Part shown: one piece after another, positions 1 through 10,346 of the stretch | How the letters are laid out: each line of letters begins with the position of its first letter | Position numbering within the stretch: position 1 is the first letter of the stretch | Assembly (NCBI GenBank): GCA_044342325.1 | Contig: JBIIPZ010000008.1 | Location: 24,208-88,207 of the forward strand | Source of the DNA: Terrimicrobiaceae bacterium | GTDB taxonomy: Bacteria > Verrucomicrobiota > Verrucomicrobiia > Chthoniobacterales > Terrimicrobiaceae | Direction of reading: 5' to 3' | DNA length: 64,000 nt | Position numbers and translations under genes: made by a program | The notes under the pieces: generated by a model | Told to the model about the DNA's origin: nothing | Database searches by the model: none | What the model saw: the letters and a program-made list of their open reading frames with translations, nothing else

Positions 1-1521
<1,521 letters not shown>

Positions 1522-1528
1522 TCTCAAG

Positions 1529-2098
1529 ATGACCCCCGCGCTCGCAAAGGCACTCCCGTCGCAGCCGTGCAGCGATTTTCTTGAGGTATTGAAAACGCGC
1601 TTTGAGTCGAACATGCGGCGGCATGCCGACTCAGCCTGGCCTCAAGTCCAAGCGAGGTTGGAGGCGAACGCTGGAAAGCTTTGGTCCCTTCATGAAATGG
1701 AGCGCACCGGAGGAGAGCCCGATGTGGTTGGCCAAGATCGAGTGACTGGAGAGCTCATTTTCGTGGATTGCTCCGAACAAACTCCGAAGGGACGAACCTC
1801 CGTCTGCTACGACAGGGAAGCCCTCGAGTCGCGCAAGGTCGCTAGGCCAGAGAACAGCGCGATCGATATGGCGGCGGAGATGGGGATTCAGATTTTGACC
1901 GAGGAGGAATACCGAGAACTGCAAATGCTCGGTGAGCTTGATACAAAGACATCGAGTTGGGTTAGAACGCCCGAAAGTGTTCGAAGCTTCGGGGGAGCGA
2001 TATTTTGTGATCGCCGGTTCGGTCGCGTCTTTACCTATCACAATGGTCCGCAGTCTTACTTTGGAGTCCGAGCGTTTCGAGGATCTCTCAGGATTTAA
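1529..2098 (+). CDS. DUF4256-family protein
   Basis: LKTRFESNMRRH...KLWSLHEMERTGGEPDVVG...SVCYDREALESRK...GGAIFCDRRFGRVFTYHNG matches the DUF4256 pattern; ATG at 1529, 7 nt after the thiC stop. Confidence 0.8.
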   Translation: MTPALAKALPSQPCSDFLEVLKTRFESNMRRHADSAWPQVQARLEANAGKLWSLHEMERTGGEPDVVGQDRVTGELIFVDCSEQTPKGRTSVCYDREALESRKVARPENSAIDMAAEMGIQILTEEEYRELQMLGELDTKTSSWVRTPESVRSFGGAIFCDRRFGRVFTYHNGPQSYFGVRAFRGSLRI

Positions 2099-2173
2099 AA
2101 TCGCGCAGAGGTTTTGTTTTCGCCTTCTGAGTTCCTCCTTGTCGGAGCCTCGCGGTCGGTGGGAGATTGCTTT

Positions 2174-3421
2174 ATGGATTCATTTTTTCAAAAGCTCGGG
2201 AATGCTGTTCTGACGCGCTGGAAGCAGGAGAATTTCTCACTGGAAAAATTTTCCGGCATCGCGGTGGACGAGTTGCAGAACAACCCGCCGGCCGCGCATG
2301 TGGATCTGGAGAAGTTTCTTCGAGGCTTTCTGCTTGATGATGCTCAGCCTTCGCAGACGGAGTCTGGATTTGGTGAGCCTGAGATCATTGTTTATGAGAA
2401 CCCTCGTTTTTACATCCAGTTGCTTTTTTGGATGGATGGCACGACGGCGATTCATCAGCACGAATTCTCCGGTGCGTTCCATGTGATGTCGGGATCGAGC
2501 ATTCATGCACAATTCGAGTTTGAAAACGAAACCGCGATCACGCCGCATTTCCGTGTGGGTGATTTGCAGATGAGGGACATTTCCCTACTCGAGACGGGGT
2601 GCACGGTGCCTATTGTTTCGGGTCGGTCCTGTATCCACTCCCTTTTTCATTTGGATACGCCATCGATCACGGCGGTCGTGCGCACGCAGCATGATCCGGG
2701 CACTGGCCCGCAATTCAACTATCTCCCTCCGCATGTCGCATATGATCCCGTTTTCAGCGACCCACTCACGCTGAGGCGTCGCCAGGTGCTTGATGTGCTC
2801 GAGCAAATTCAGGATCCTGCCTATTTGGATCTGGTGCTGGAGATGATCCAGGAGTTGGACTTCGAGCGAGGTTTTCACACCCTCCAAAACTGCATGGGAC
2901 ACCTGCAGGATTCGGGGGCGTGGGAGCAAGTGTATGCGGCTTTTCAGAAAAAACACGGTGCTCTCTCGCTGGGTATCGAAGCCACTTTGGACGAGTGCGG
3001 GCGGCGGGATCGCATCAAGGCCATGCGGGCCCGCATTTCAGACCCCGAGCATCGCTTTTTTCTGGCGCTGCTGCTGAATGTCCGCACGCGGTGCGATCTT
3101 TTCTCGCTCGTTGCCCAGCGCTTCCCGGAGGCGTCTGTGGTTGATGTCATCATCCGCTGGAGTGAAGAACTTCTGGAGGAGACGGATTGCGGTGTCGCCA
3201 TTTTGGATGCGGTTTTTCCACAGGAGTTAGATGTCGATTTTGCCGAACAACCCAGTGTGTTTCTTGCCGCGTTGAGGAAAATTTTGGATGCCGATTTCAA
3301 AGTGCCTAAGGGGTTCCCAAAAGACGCACTGGAGCCACTCAGGAGCGCTTTGGCCGAATCAAGTTTGGGGCTTTTGGTCGGGGAAAATGACGCCTGTTTT
3401 TCGCAAGTCCGTGCAGGTTGA
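2174..3421 (+). CDS. Hypothetical protein with N-terminal cupin (cysteine-dioxygenase-like HxH...H) domain
   Basis: TTAIHQHEFSGAFHV...CIHSLFHL; ATG at 2174 preceded by GGGAG; predicted helical C-terminal half. Confidence 0.6.
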   Translation: MDSFFQKLGNAVLTRWKQENFSLEKFSGIAVDELQNNPPAAHVDLEKFLRGFLLDDAQPSQTESGFGEPEIIVYENPRFYIQLLFWMDGTTAIHQHEFSGAFHVMSGSSIHAQFEFENETAITPHFRVGDLQMRDISLLETGCTVPIVSGRSCIHSLFHLDTPSITAVVRTQHDPGTGPQFNYLPPHVAYDPVFSDPLTLRRRQVLDVLEQIQDPAYLDLVLEMIQELDFERGFHTLQNCMGHLQDSGAWEQVYAAFQKKHGALSLGIEATLDECGRRDRIKAMRARISDPEHRFFLALLLNVRTRCDLFSLVAQRFPEASVVDVIIRWSEELLEETDCGVAILDAVFPQELDVDFAEQPSVFLAALRKILDADFKVPKGFPKDALEPLRSALAESSLGLLVGENDACFSQVRAG

Positions 3422-3684
3422 GTCTGAGTGCGCGGAGTTTGCAAATGCGACAAATTAAAAAAGTTTCGAAATTCCCCTTGCCGAGAAGCGCAGTTTGCTA
3501 TCTACCTACTTGCACAAATGATGCCTCGTAAAGAGATCTGCCATTTTTCTGTTTTTGTTTCGTCTGCATGCGGCGCTTGATTTCTCTTTTTTCAACGCGC
3601 GGCATGCGCTCGTTTTTCACCCACGCTGCGGCACGATGAATTTGATTCGTGCGCTGAATTCACACCCCTCACAGAGGAGCTTCT

Positions 3685-4311
3685 ATTAATATCAAGGACA
3701 TCCGTATCAATGAACGAATCCGCGCCCGCGAGGTGCGCGTGATTCTTGCCGCAACCAATGAACAGCTCGGCGTCATGCGCCTGGACGAAGCGATCCGGCG
3801 AGCCCGTGCTCTCGGACTGGATCTCGTCGAGATCGCTCCCAATGCCCAACCGCCCGTCTGCCGTATCGTGGATTTCGGGAAATTCCGCTACGACCTGGCG
3901 AAGCAGGAGAAGGAAAAGAAACACGCGGTCAGCAAGGTGAAGGAAATCAAGTTCCGGGTGAATATCGACGCCCATGACTACCTCACCAAGATTCGGCATG
4001 CGGAGGACTTTCTCGACAAGGGCAACAAGGTGAAAATCCAGCTCCAGTTCCGTGGCCGCGAAATGGCCCACCAGAATCTTGGGTTGCTCGTTGTTCAGCG
4101 TGTGCGGGATGACTTGGCGGGAATGGCCCATGTGGACATGGAGCCCAAACTTGTGGGACGCGCTGTAGGCATGACGCTCAGTCCGCTTCCTGCAAACAAG
4201 CGTCACCGCAAATTCACCAAACACGGCGAAATCCTCGAACCTGAGCCCGAAGAGGCTCCACATGAGGACGACGACCACGAGGACGATGCACCTGCCGGTG
4301 ATGCAAACTGA
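3685..4311 (+). CDS. infC: Translation initiation factor IF-3 (non-canonical ATT start)
   Basis: In-frame upstream extension reads INIKDIRINERIRAREVRVI; ATT at 3685 with GAGGAG at 3674-3679; DLVEIAPNAQPPVCRIVDFGKFRY, KEIKFR, FRGRE. Confidence 0.95.
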   Translation: MNIKDIRINERIRAREVRVILAATNEQLGVMRLDEAIRRARALGLDLVEIAPNAQPPVCRIVDFGKFRYDLAKQEKEKKHAVSKVKEIKFRVNIDAHDYLTKIRHAEDFLDKGNKVKIQLQFRGREMAHQNLGLLVVQRVRDDLAGMAHVDMEPKLVGRAVGMTLSPLPANKRHRKFTKHGEILEPEPEEAPHEDDDHEDDAPAGDAN

Positions 4312-4990
4312 GCGGCGTCTCCTGCTGTTTGACATCGACGGCACGCTGATCACATCCGGCGGCGCAGGCGAGGGGGCTTTGAAGGATGCGATGAAGGTGC
4401 GTTTCGGTGTGGAAGAGGATTTACAGGGGATTCTTTTAGCTGGTGCCACGGATGCAAAAATCGCACGCGAGCTTTTGGCCAAGCACGGTATCGAAGTGAG
4501 TGCTGAAAATGTGGCGGCTCTTTTGGATGAATATTTGCAGCATCTGGCGGGGCGGATGTCCCGGCACGATGGCAGGTTGTTGCCCGGCATTGTTCCTGTC
4601 CTGCAGGCTCTGGAAAATCACCCGGAAGCCGTCTTGGCCTTGCTTACGGGAAATCTCACTCGCGGCGCGGAGATCAAGCTTACACACTATGGGGTGTGGA
4701 ATTTTTTCGAGTTCGGAGCCTTTGCGGATGATCACCATGACCGCAATGAGTTGGGGAAATTCGCTCGCTCCCGGGCGCATGAGCGGCACGGCATCGAGTT
4801 CCCGCCCGAGCGGGTTTATGTCATCGGCGACACGCCTCGGGATATCGAGTGTGGGCGTGCCATCGGAGCCAAGACCGTGGCCATAGCGACCGGGCATTAC
4901 TCAATGCCCGAATTGGCGGAGCATGCGCCGGATTTTCTTTTTGAGGATTTCTCGGACACACAGCGTGTGCTCGGGTGCCTGCTCGGATAG
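4301..4990 (+). CDS. HAD-family hydrolase (phosphoglycolate phosphatase-like)
   Basis: LFDIDGTL (motif I), LLTGN (motif II), IGDTPRD (motif IV); overlaps the infC stop. Confidence 0.9.
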   Translation: MQTERRLLLFDIDGTLITSGGAGEGALKDAMKVRFGVEEDLQGILLAGATDAKIARELLAKHGIEVSAENVAALLDEYLQHLAGRMSRHDGRLLPGIVPVLQALENHPEAVLALLTGNLTRGAEIKLTHYGVWNFFEFGAFADDHHDRNELGKFARSRAHERHGIEFPPERVYVIGDTPRDIECGRAIGAKTVAIATGHYSMPELAEHAPDFLFEDFSDTQRVLGCLLG

Positions 4991-4995
4991 CGACC

Positions 4996-5832
4996 TCAGG
5001 GAGTGCCGCTTTGTTCGGCAGGTTTTTTCTTCGCTTTTGCGAAAGGTAGGCGCAGAGGCACCTCCCCGAGGCGTTTGGGTTTGAGGTGCGGTTTGTTGCC
5101 GAGTGCGTCTCGCTGATAAAGATACTCCGAGAGTGTTGCCGATATTTCGTGCGCTGTGCGCCTTGTGTCGAAGCTCACGCCGCTGCGAATGCCATCCACC
5201 GCGTTGAATAGCGAGGTCAGAGCCATGGGGCCGCTCACTGGCAGTGTGACAATTCCGCCTATGCCTTGGGAAATGTTCGATCCTCCTGTGGTTTCGAAGG
5301 CGAGAAATTTGTTTGGAACCGGCCCTGATAATTCCTGAACGACGACGATCGTTTCCATTTTGGTTCCTCCGGCACCCAGCCCCAGTGTGCTGCGGAGGAG
5401 GCGGCTACCTTGGTTGATTCGTGCGAATCGGCCCGTGAGCACCCAGTAGTTTCCGCGTGGCAGGCCGTCCTCTGGGGAAATGACGCGGGCCGGAGCGACA
5501 TGAGTGCCGAGTTTTTTGACCAGATGCCGGTTCAGGCGGGCTTGGAGCTCCGCTCGGAAGGTTTCGAAGTCCTTGCCCGTTCTATCCACGCGCAGCCCGT
5601 CCTCGTTCAGGGCAAAGGGAAGGATGAGGATTTCTTCGGGCGCGACGCTCGGAGGATTGGCGCTCGTTTGGCGGATATTGTCCACGCTCACCGAGGCACA
5701 TGATGCGAGGCAGAAGGACAATCCTGCGAAGATCAGCCGGGCAGCCCGACAGAGTGAGGTTTTTAGGCGGATTGGAATGGCGTCGAAATTCAACAGGCGG
5801 GAGAGGGAATCAGATGAGGCCGCCGTCCTCAA
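4996..5832 (-). CDS. DUF4410-like lipoprotein (start uncertain)
   Basis: Lipobox-like LASC after a hydrophobic stretch; GRFARINQGSRLLRSTLGLGAGGTK is typical of DUF4410. Confidence 0.65.
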   Translation of the reverse strand: MRTAASSDSLSRLLNFDAIPIRLKTSLCRAARLIFAGLSFCLASCASVSVDNIRQTSANPPSVAPEEILILPFALNEDGLRVDRTGKDFETFRAELQARLNRHLVKKLGTHVAPARVISPEDGLPRGNYWVLTGRFARINQGSRLLRSTLGLGAGGTKMETIVVVQELSGPVPNKFLAFETTGGSNISQGIGGIVTLPVSGPMALTSLFNAVDGIRSGVSFDTRRTAHEISATLSEYLYQRDALGNKPHLKPKRLGEVPLRLPFAKAKKKPAEQSGTP

Positions 5833-5885
5833 GACTCAAAAGCCAGGAGTTGAACCGCAGGCCATCATCACGCATCGTGGCGCGT

Positions 5886-7142
5886 ATGAAATTTTCAGCA
5901 CTCGGTCAGAATCTCTCCGGCGGTAGCGGCATCGAGAGCCTCATGGACGATTTGGGCAAAGCGCTTTCAGGAGTCGGTCCCGCCCCGCTTATGCTGGGAG
6001 GGGGAAATCCCGCGCACATCCCGGAAATGGAGGCTGTCTGGAAAGCGCGCATGGAACAAATCACAGCCGACCCTGCCGTGCTGCGGCGCACGCTGGCGAT
6101 CTACGATCCGCCTTGTGGCAATGCGGGTGTGCTGGAGTCCCTCGCCGGTTTGCTTCGCAACGAATTCGGGTGGCCGGTAGGCCCGGAGAATATTGCGGTG
6201 ACGCCCGGTGGGCAGACGGCATTTTACTTTCTTTTCAATCTTTTCGGTGGCCGCCGTGCCGATGGAACGCCCGGTCGCATTCTTTTCCCGCTCATGCCGG
6301 AATACATCGGCTACGCAAATCAGGCCCTCGAGCCGGGAATGTTCGCCGGAGTCCAGCCCGGCATTTCGCGCACCAGTCCGCATCGCTTCAAATACCATGT
6401 GGATTTTAAAAATCTGAATCCGGGTTCTGATATTGCCGCGATGTGTGTCTCGAGGCCCACGAATCCCAGCGGGAACCTGATCTCGGATGCCGAGCTTCGG
6501 CATCTCGCAGATATTGCCGCTCAGCGTGAGATCCCGCTCATCATCGACAATGCATACGGCTGGCCATTTCCTGGAATCGTTTTTGGCGAGGTCAAGCCGC
6601 TCTGGAGCGGTCAAACCGTGCATGTGATGAGCCTGTCGAAATTCGGCCTGCCCGGCACGCGAACCGCTTTTGTGGTGGCTCCGCCCGAGGTAGCTGCCGC
6701 CGTTTCGTCCATGATGGCGGTGAGTGGTCTCGCGAATGGAAACTTCGGTCAGGCGATCGCGGGTCCGCTCATTGCCAGTGGCGAAATCGTTCGCCTCAGC
6801 CGCGAGATCATTCGGCCCTTCTATCTTCGAAAACGAGACGCCGCACTCGAGGCGATCGCGGAATTTTTCCCGGTGGATGCCCCATATGCCCTCCATGAAA
6901 GTGAAGGCGCCCTCTTCCTTTGGCTCTGGCTGGATGGAGCAAAAAAGACCTCCCGCGAGCTGTATGAAATCCTCAAGAAACGCGGAGTTCTCGTCGTGCC
7001 GGGGGATTATTTCTTTTTCGGCTTGCCGGACGAGGATTGGCGCCACCGCCGGGAATGCCTCCGCATCTCATTCGCCATGAGCGATGCGGAGGTGCGTGCG
7101 GGGCTCAAAATCATCGGCGAGGAAGTCGCGCAAGCCTTCTGA
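5886..7142 (+). CDS. avtA: Valine--pyruvate transaminase
   Basis: MKFSALG...SGIESLMDDLG...MLGGGNPAHIP, PEYIGY, SRPTNPSGN, IDNAYG and SLSKFGLPG (PLP lysine). Confidence 0.9.
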   Translation: MKFSALGQNLSGGSGIESLMDDLGKALSGVGPAPLMLGGGNPAHIPEMEAVWKARMEQITADPAVLRRTLAIYDPPCGNAGVLESLAGLLRNEFGWPVGPENIAVTPGGQTAFYFLFNLFGGRRADGTPGRILFPLMPEYIGYANQALEPGMFAGVQPGISRTSPHRFKYHVDFKNLNPGSDIAAMCVSRPTNPSGNLISDAELRHLADIAAQREIPLIIDNAYGWPFPGIVFGEVKPLWSGQTVHVMSLSKFGLPGTRTAFVVAPPEVAAAVSSMMAVSGLANGNFGQAIAGPLIASGEIVRLSREIIRPFYLRKRDAALEAIAEFFPVDAPYALHESEGALFLWLWLDGAKKTSRELYEILKKRGVLVVPGDYFFFGLPDEDWRHRRECLRISFAMSDAEVRAGLKIIGEEVAQAF

Positions 7143-7149
7143 GTCCCCA

Positions 7150-7186
7150 AAAAAAGGCGTTTCGCATGTGCTGCGAAACGCCTTTT
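7150..7186. terminator. Bidirectional intrinsic terminator
   Basis: AAAA-GGCGTTTCGCA-tgtgc-TGCGAAACGCC-TTTT between convergent genes. Confidence 0.85.
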
Positions 7187-7204
7187 CGTTAAGTTGATTA
7201 TGTA

Positions 7205-7624
7205 TTATCCTTGGTGGTTCGTGCCGGAGAGAATCCGCCAGTTGCCGCTTTCCAGTTTTTGGAACTGGCCAAGCTTTTTGCCTGTGGTGCTGAACCATAC
7301 ATGAACTTGTGCAACCGGTTTCTCAACTTTTTCAGCAAGTTCCTTGACCCCTGCGCCCACTTCACCGGCGGCTTGCAGGAGTTTAATGATTTGCTCTTGC
7401 ATAAAGCCTTTTGGCGAGCGTGGTTTCTTTGGGCCCTTGGCTACTCCACGGCGTTTTTTGATGGATTTTGCGCGGAGGATGCGGGTTGCCGCAAGGACTT
7501 CTCCAGAGGCGAGTCCCGCGATTTCTTTTTCCACTTGTGCCACCTTGGCCAGCAGGGTTTCTTTTTTCTTGGTAAGAGAAAGAAGTGCCGTCAAAGTTTG
7601 TGTATTGATATCTGTTACTTTCAT
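7205..7624 (-). CDS. Small basic putative DNA-binding (nucleoid-associated-like) protein
   Basis: N-terminal coiled coil, K/R-rich linker and C-terminal winged-helix-like segment (QIIKLLQAAGEVGAGVKELAEKVEKPVAQVHVWFSTTGKK). Confidence 0.65.
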   Translation of the reverse strand: MKVTDINTQTLTALLSLTKKKETLLAKVAQVEKEIAGLASGEVLAATRILRAKSIKKRRGVAKGPKKPRSPKGFMQEQIIKLLQAAGEVGAGVKELAEKVEKPVAQVHVWFSTTGKKLGQFQKLESGNWRILSGTNHQG

Positions 7625-7671
7625 CAGGATTCTAAAAAACAAGGAATGTGAGTGTGCTGCAAGAAAAAAAT

Positions 7672-8343
7672 ATGCCAGCGGAAATTTTTAAAATAGAACC
7701 CAAAATACTTGATTATGGGCAGTTTGATGTATGGCTGCCTAAGGGAAATCCTGATAGCAATCTCTTAAGTCCGGAGGAACTGGACCGACTTCATGCGATC
7801 TCCAGTCAAAATGCGCGTCAAACATTTCTTTTAAGTAGATGTGCAATTAAATCTATTGTAAAATATTATACAAAAAATAGCGATTTTATCTCCGAGGTTC
7901 ATACGCATCCCGGAGGTAAGCCGTTTTTAATTAATTTGCAGGACTTGCACTTCAGTTTAAGCCATACGGGAAGTGAAGTGGCGATTGTCTTTTCGCGGTC
8001 GCCGGTTGGATTTGATATGGAAAAATCCGACCGTCGCACCGACTTCCTTGCTCTGGCCAAGCGATTTTTTACGGCGGCCGAATTGGCTGGTATGGTGGCT
8101 GCCGGAATGGATTCCGGTAAAAGCTTTTTGGAGCTTTGGACAGCTAAGGAAGCGATTTTAAAGTTGGAAGGAACAGGGATTTCCGGCGGTCTTGATCGCG
8201 CGCTTATTCTGAGTGAATCGGAAGGCGACTTGGACGGACGGCGCGTTCACCTGCACCGCATCGAGTGGCCTGGCTTGATTGCCAAACTGGCGTCATTTGA
8301 AAAACCAGTCGCAGTAAGAATGAGGGAGTTAATTCTCCAATAA
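7672..8343 (+). CDS. Sfp-type 4'-phosphopantetheinyl transferase
   Basis: GKPFL, FSLSHT, VGFDME and FLELWTAKEAILK motifs. Confidence 0.88.
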   Translation: MPAEIFKIEPKILDYGQFDVWLPKGNPDSNLLSPEELDRLHAISSQNARQTFLLSRCAIKSIVKYYTKNSDFISEVHTHPGGKPFLINLQDLHFSLSHTGSEVAIVFSRSPVGFDMEKSDRRTDFLALAKRFFTAAELAGMVAAGMDSGKSFLELWTAKEAILKLEGTGISGGLDRALILSESEGDLDGRRVHLHRIEWPGLIAKLASFEKPVAVRMRELILQ

Positions 8344-10053
8344 TCTCTTACGCGCTGCTTCGAGATTTATTTTGGCGTCTTGCAGGTCAGGGGTGATCTG
8401 GAGAGCCCTCTCAAAGCACTTCACGGATTCTGGAATTCGGTTTTCTTGGAAAAGGCTCACGCCGAGATTGCAAAGAAAAGTAGGATTTTCGGGAAATCTC
8501 CTAACCAAATCGGCATAAATCTCCGATGCCTCCCGGTATTGTCCATCCAGCCAAAGCGCTCGGGCGAGGTTGGCTTGAATGGCTATGATTCTTGGCGACA
8601 AGCGCATGGCTTCCCGAAATTCCTCGATGGCCGCCTTCGTGTCTTTGGTTGCCAGCACGCCGGAGCCGAGGTTGTTGCGGGTTTCCGCGAGGTCCGGCCG
8701 TAGCCTCACCGCCTCGCGGAAATGCGGTAGCGCGACATCGATTTTTCCTCGATTGAATTCCCGTGCGCCGAGCCGGTTGTGCGCCTGCCAGCAGTCCCAG
8801 TTGTGCCGGAGCGTGTAGCTCCACAGTTTATCCTCGTTTTCCCATATAGCTGCATAATTGTGGCTTAAAAGGGTGAGCCCTCCTGCGACAAGAATGCCGC
8901 CGCTAAAGAGAATTTGTTTTCCCGTATCACTCGCCCTCGCAAATGCCGAGCCGGTTGCCGCCGCCGCCAACGCGATGATTCCAATCATCGGGATGTAGAG
9001 GAAATGATCCGCCACCCAGCCGACTCGCATGTAGGACATCGCCACGAAACCCAGCACCGGCAGGATGGTGATGAAATAAAATCCAAAAGCCATCAGTGCG
9101 TGGCGGCCCCAGGTTTTGCGCCGCATCCAGAAAAAAACGAACGCTCCAATGATGAGCAGCCAAGGGAGAAACTGGTAGGCTTCAGGCGGGTTCGCCTTCC
9201 ATTGCGGGTAGATCGGCAGCAGCGTGAGAGGCCAAAAAATCTTCGTCAGGTAAAACAGCAGCGCCATCCCGGCTATAGCCAGTCGAGAGTCAAACCCGCC
9301 GATCGGAATCGGTTCATCGCCGATGGCGCGGTTCAATTGGAAGTGAAGAGTGATCAAACCCAGCAAGAGCGAAATGAGGAAAAACGGCGCGCTGCGCAGT
9401 ATGTCGCGCCAAGCAATTCCGCCCCGCAGCCACCAAGCGTGCAGGAGCATCACGCACGGAAACATGACGACCGAGCTTTTCCCCAGCATGGCGGCGAGGA
9501 ACAGCCCCAGCGCAGCGAAGTAAAAGCGGCGCCCGGATCCCTGCTCAAAGCGGACGACGCACCAGGCCGCAGCCAAAAAAAACGGGAGTGAAAGCGTGTT
9601 TTTCAACTCCGAGATCCAAGCCACAGACTCCACACCCAGCGGATGCACAGCAAAGATCAGGCCTGCGAACCAGGCCGCCCGGAGGCGCATTTGTCGCAAG
9701 AGTCCCCAAAGCAGGCAGGAGGCAAGCGCGTGGAGGATGATGGAGACGATGTGGTAGCCCGTGGAATCAAGTCCAAAGAACCTCCACTGCAGCCAGAGCG
9801 CGCTCATGGTGAGTGGCAGATAATCCGCCGTCGCGGGTGCGAACCACAACCTGCCAAGTCCATCGGCAGCCTGCACATCCGCGTTGTTGGTCAGCAGGTA
9901 GTCGTCGTCCCAGAGCCATTCGCCATCGTAAACGGGCGAGTAAATCCAAAAGCAGGCCATGAAAATGACAGCCACTTTCAGAAGCGGGAGCATCCACTGA
10001 GGGGTTGTTGCAGGCCGAGGCACCCGCAAGCACTCCCAAAAACGGAGTGTCAT
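8329..10053 (-). CDS. GT-C membrane glycosyltransferase with C-terminal TPRs (TMTC-like)
   Basis: WLWDDD acidic loop, HPLGVESVAWISE, about 10-11 TM segments, ADHFLY and TPR repeats (AHNRLG, NNLG, NLARAL, NLGVSL). Confidence 0.8.
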   Translation of the reverse strand: MTLRFWECLRVPRPATTPQWMLPLLKVAVIFMACFWIYSPVYDGEWLWDDDYLLTNNADVQAADGLGRLWFAPATADYLPLTMSALWLQWRFFGLDSTGYHIVSIILHALASCLLWGLLRQMRLRAAWFAGLIFAVHPLGVESVAWISELKNTLSLPFFLAAAWCVVRFEQGSGRRFYFAALGLFLAAMLGKSSVVMFPCVMLLHAWWLRGGIAWRDILRSAPFFLISLLLGLITLHFQLNRAIGDEPIPIGGFDSRLAIAGMALLFYLTKIFWPLTLLPIYPQWKANPPEAYQFLPWLLIIGAFVFFWMRRKTWGRHALMAFGFYFITILPVLGFVAMSYMRVGWVADHFLYIPMIGIIALAAAATGSAFARASDTGKQILFSGGILVAGGLTLLSHNYAAIWENEDKLWSYTLRHNWDCWQAHNRLGAREFNRGKIDVALPHFREAVRLRPDLAETRNNLGSGVLATKDTKAAIEEFREAMRLSPRIIAIQANLARALWLDGQYREASEIYADLVRRFPENPTFLCNLGVSLFQENRIPESVKCFERALQITPDLQDAKINLEAARKRLLEN

Positions 10054-10127
10054 GTCATGGAAAAACCTGATGGCCCGTAGCGCGGGAATCGCTTGCGAAA
10101 CCCGCTTGGAGGCAGGATATTTTTTTC

Positions 10128-10346
10128 ATGAATGAAAACCAAGGATCGGCGGGTAATGTAATCGCGGCTGTTTGCAGCTTCTTTTTTCCAGGCCTTGGGC
10201 AATTGGTGCAAGGTCGTGTGCTTGCGGCCTTGCTCTTCTTTGTTGGCGCGGGCGTCGTTTGGTTCATCAGCTTTGGCATGCTTGGCTGGATTATCCACAT
10301 TTGGTCCTGCATCAACGCCGCACTCTGGAAACCAGGGAGGATGTGA
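10128..10346 (+). CDS. Small membrane protein
   Basis: NVIAAVCSFFFPGLGQLVQGR motif plus two hydrophobic helices; stop overlaps the next ATG. Confidence 0.7.
   Translation: MNENQGSAGNVIAAVCSFFFPGLGQLVQGRVLAALLFFVGAGVVWFISFGMLGWIIHIWSCINAALWKPGRM

Noticed and set aside
7620..7960. AT-rich patch as a possible foreign insertion
   Set aside because: Explained by a divergent promoter region and the variable N-terminus of the PPTase; no mobility signatures.
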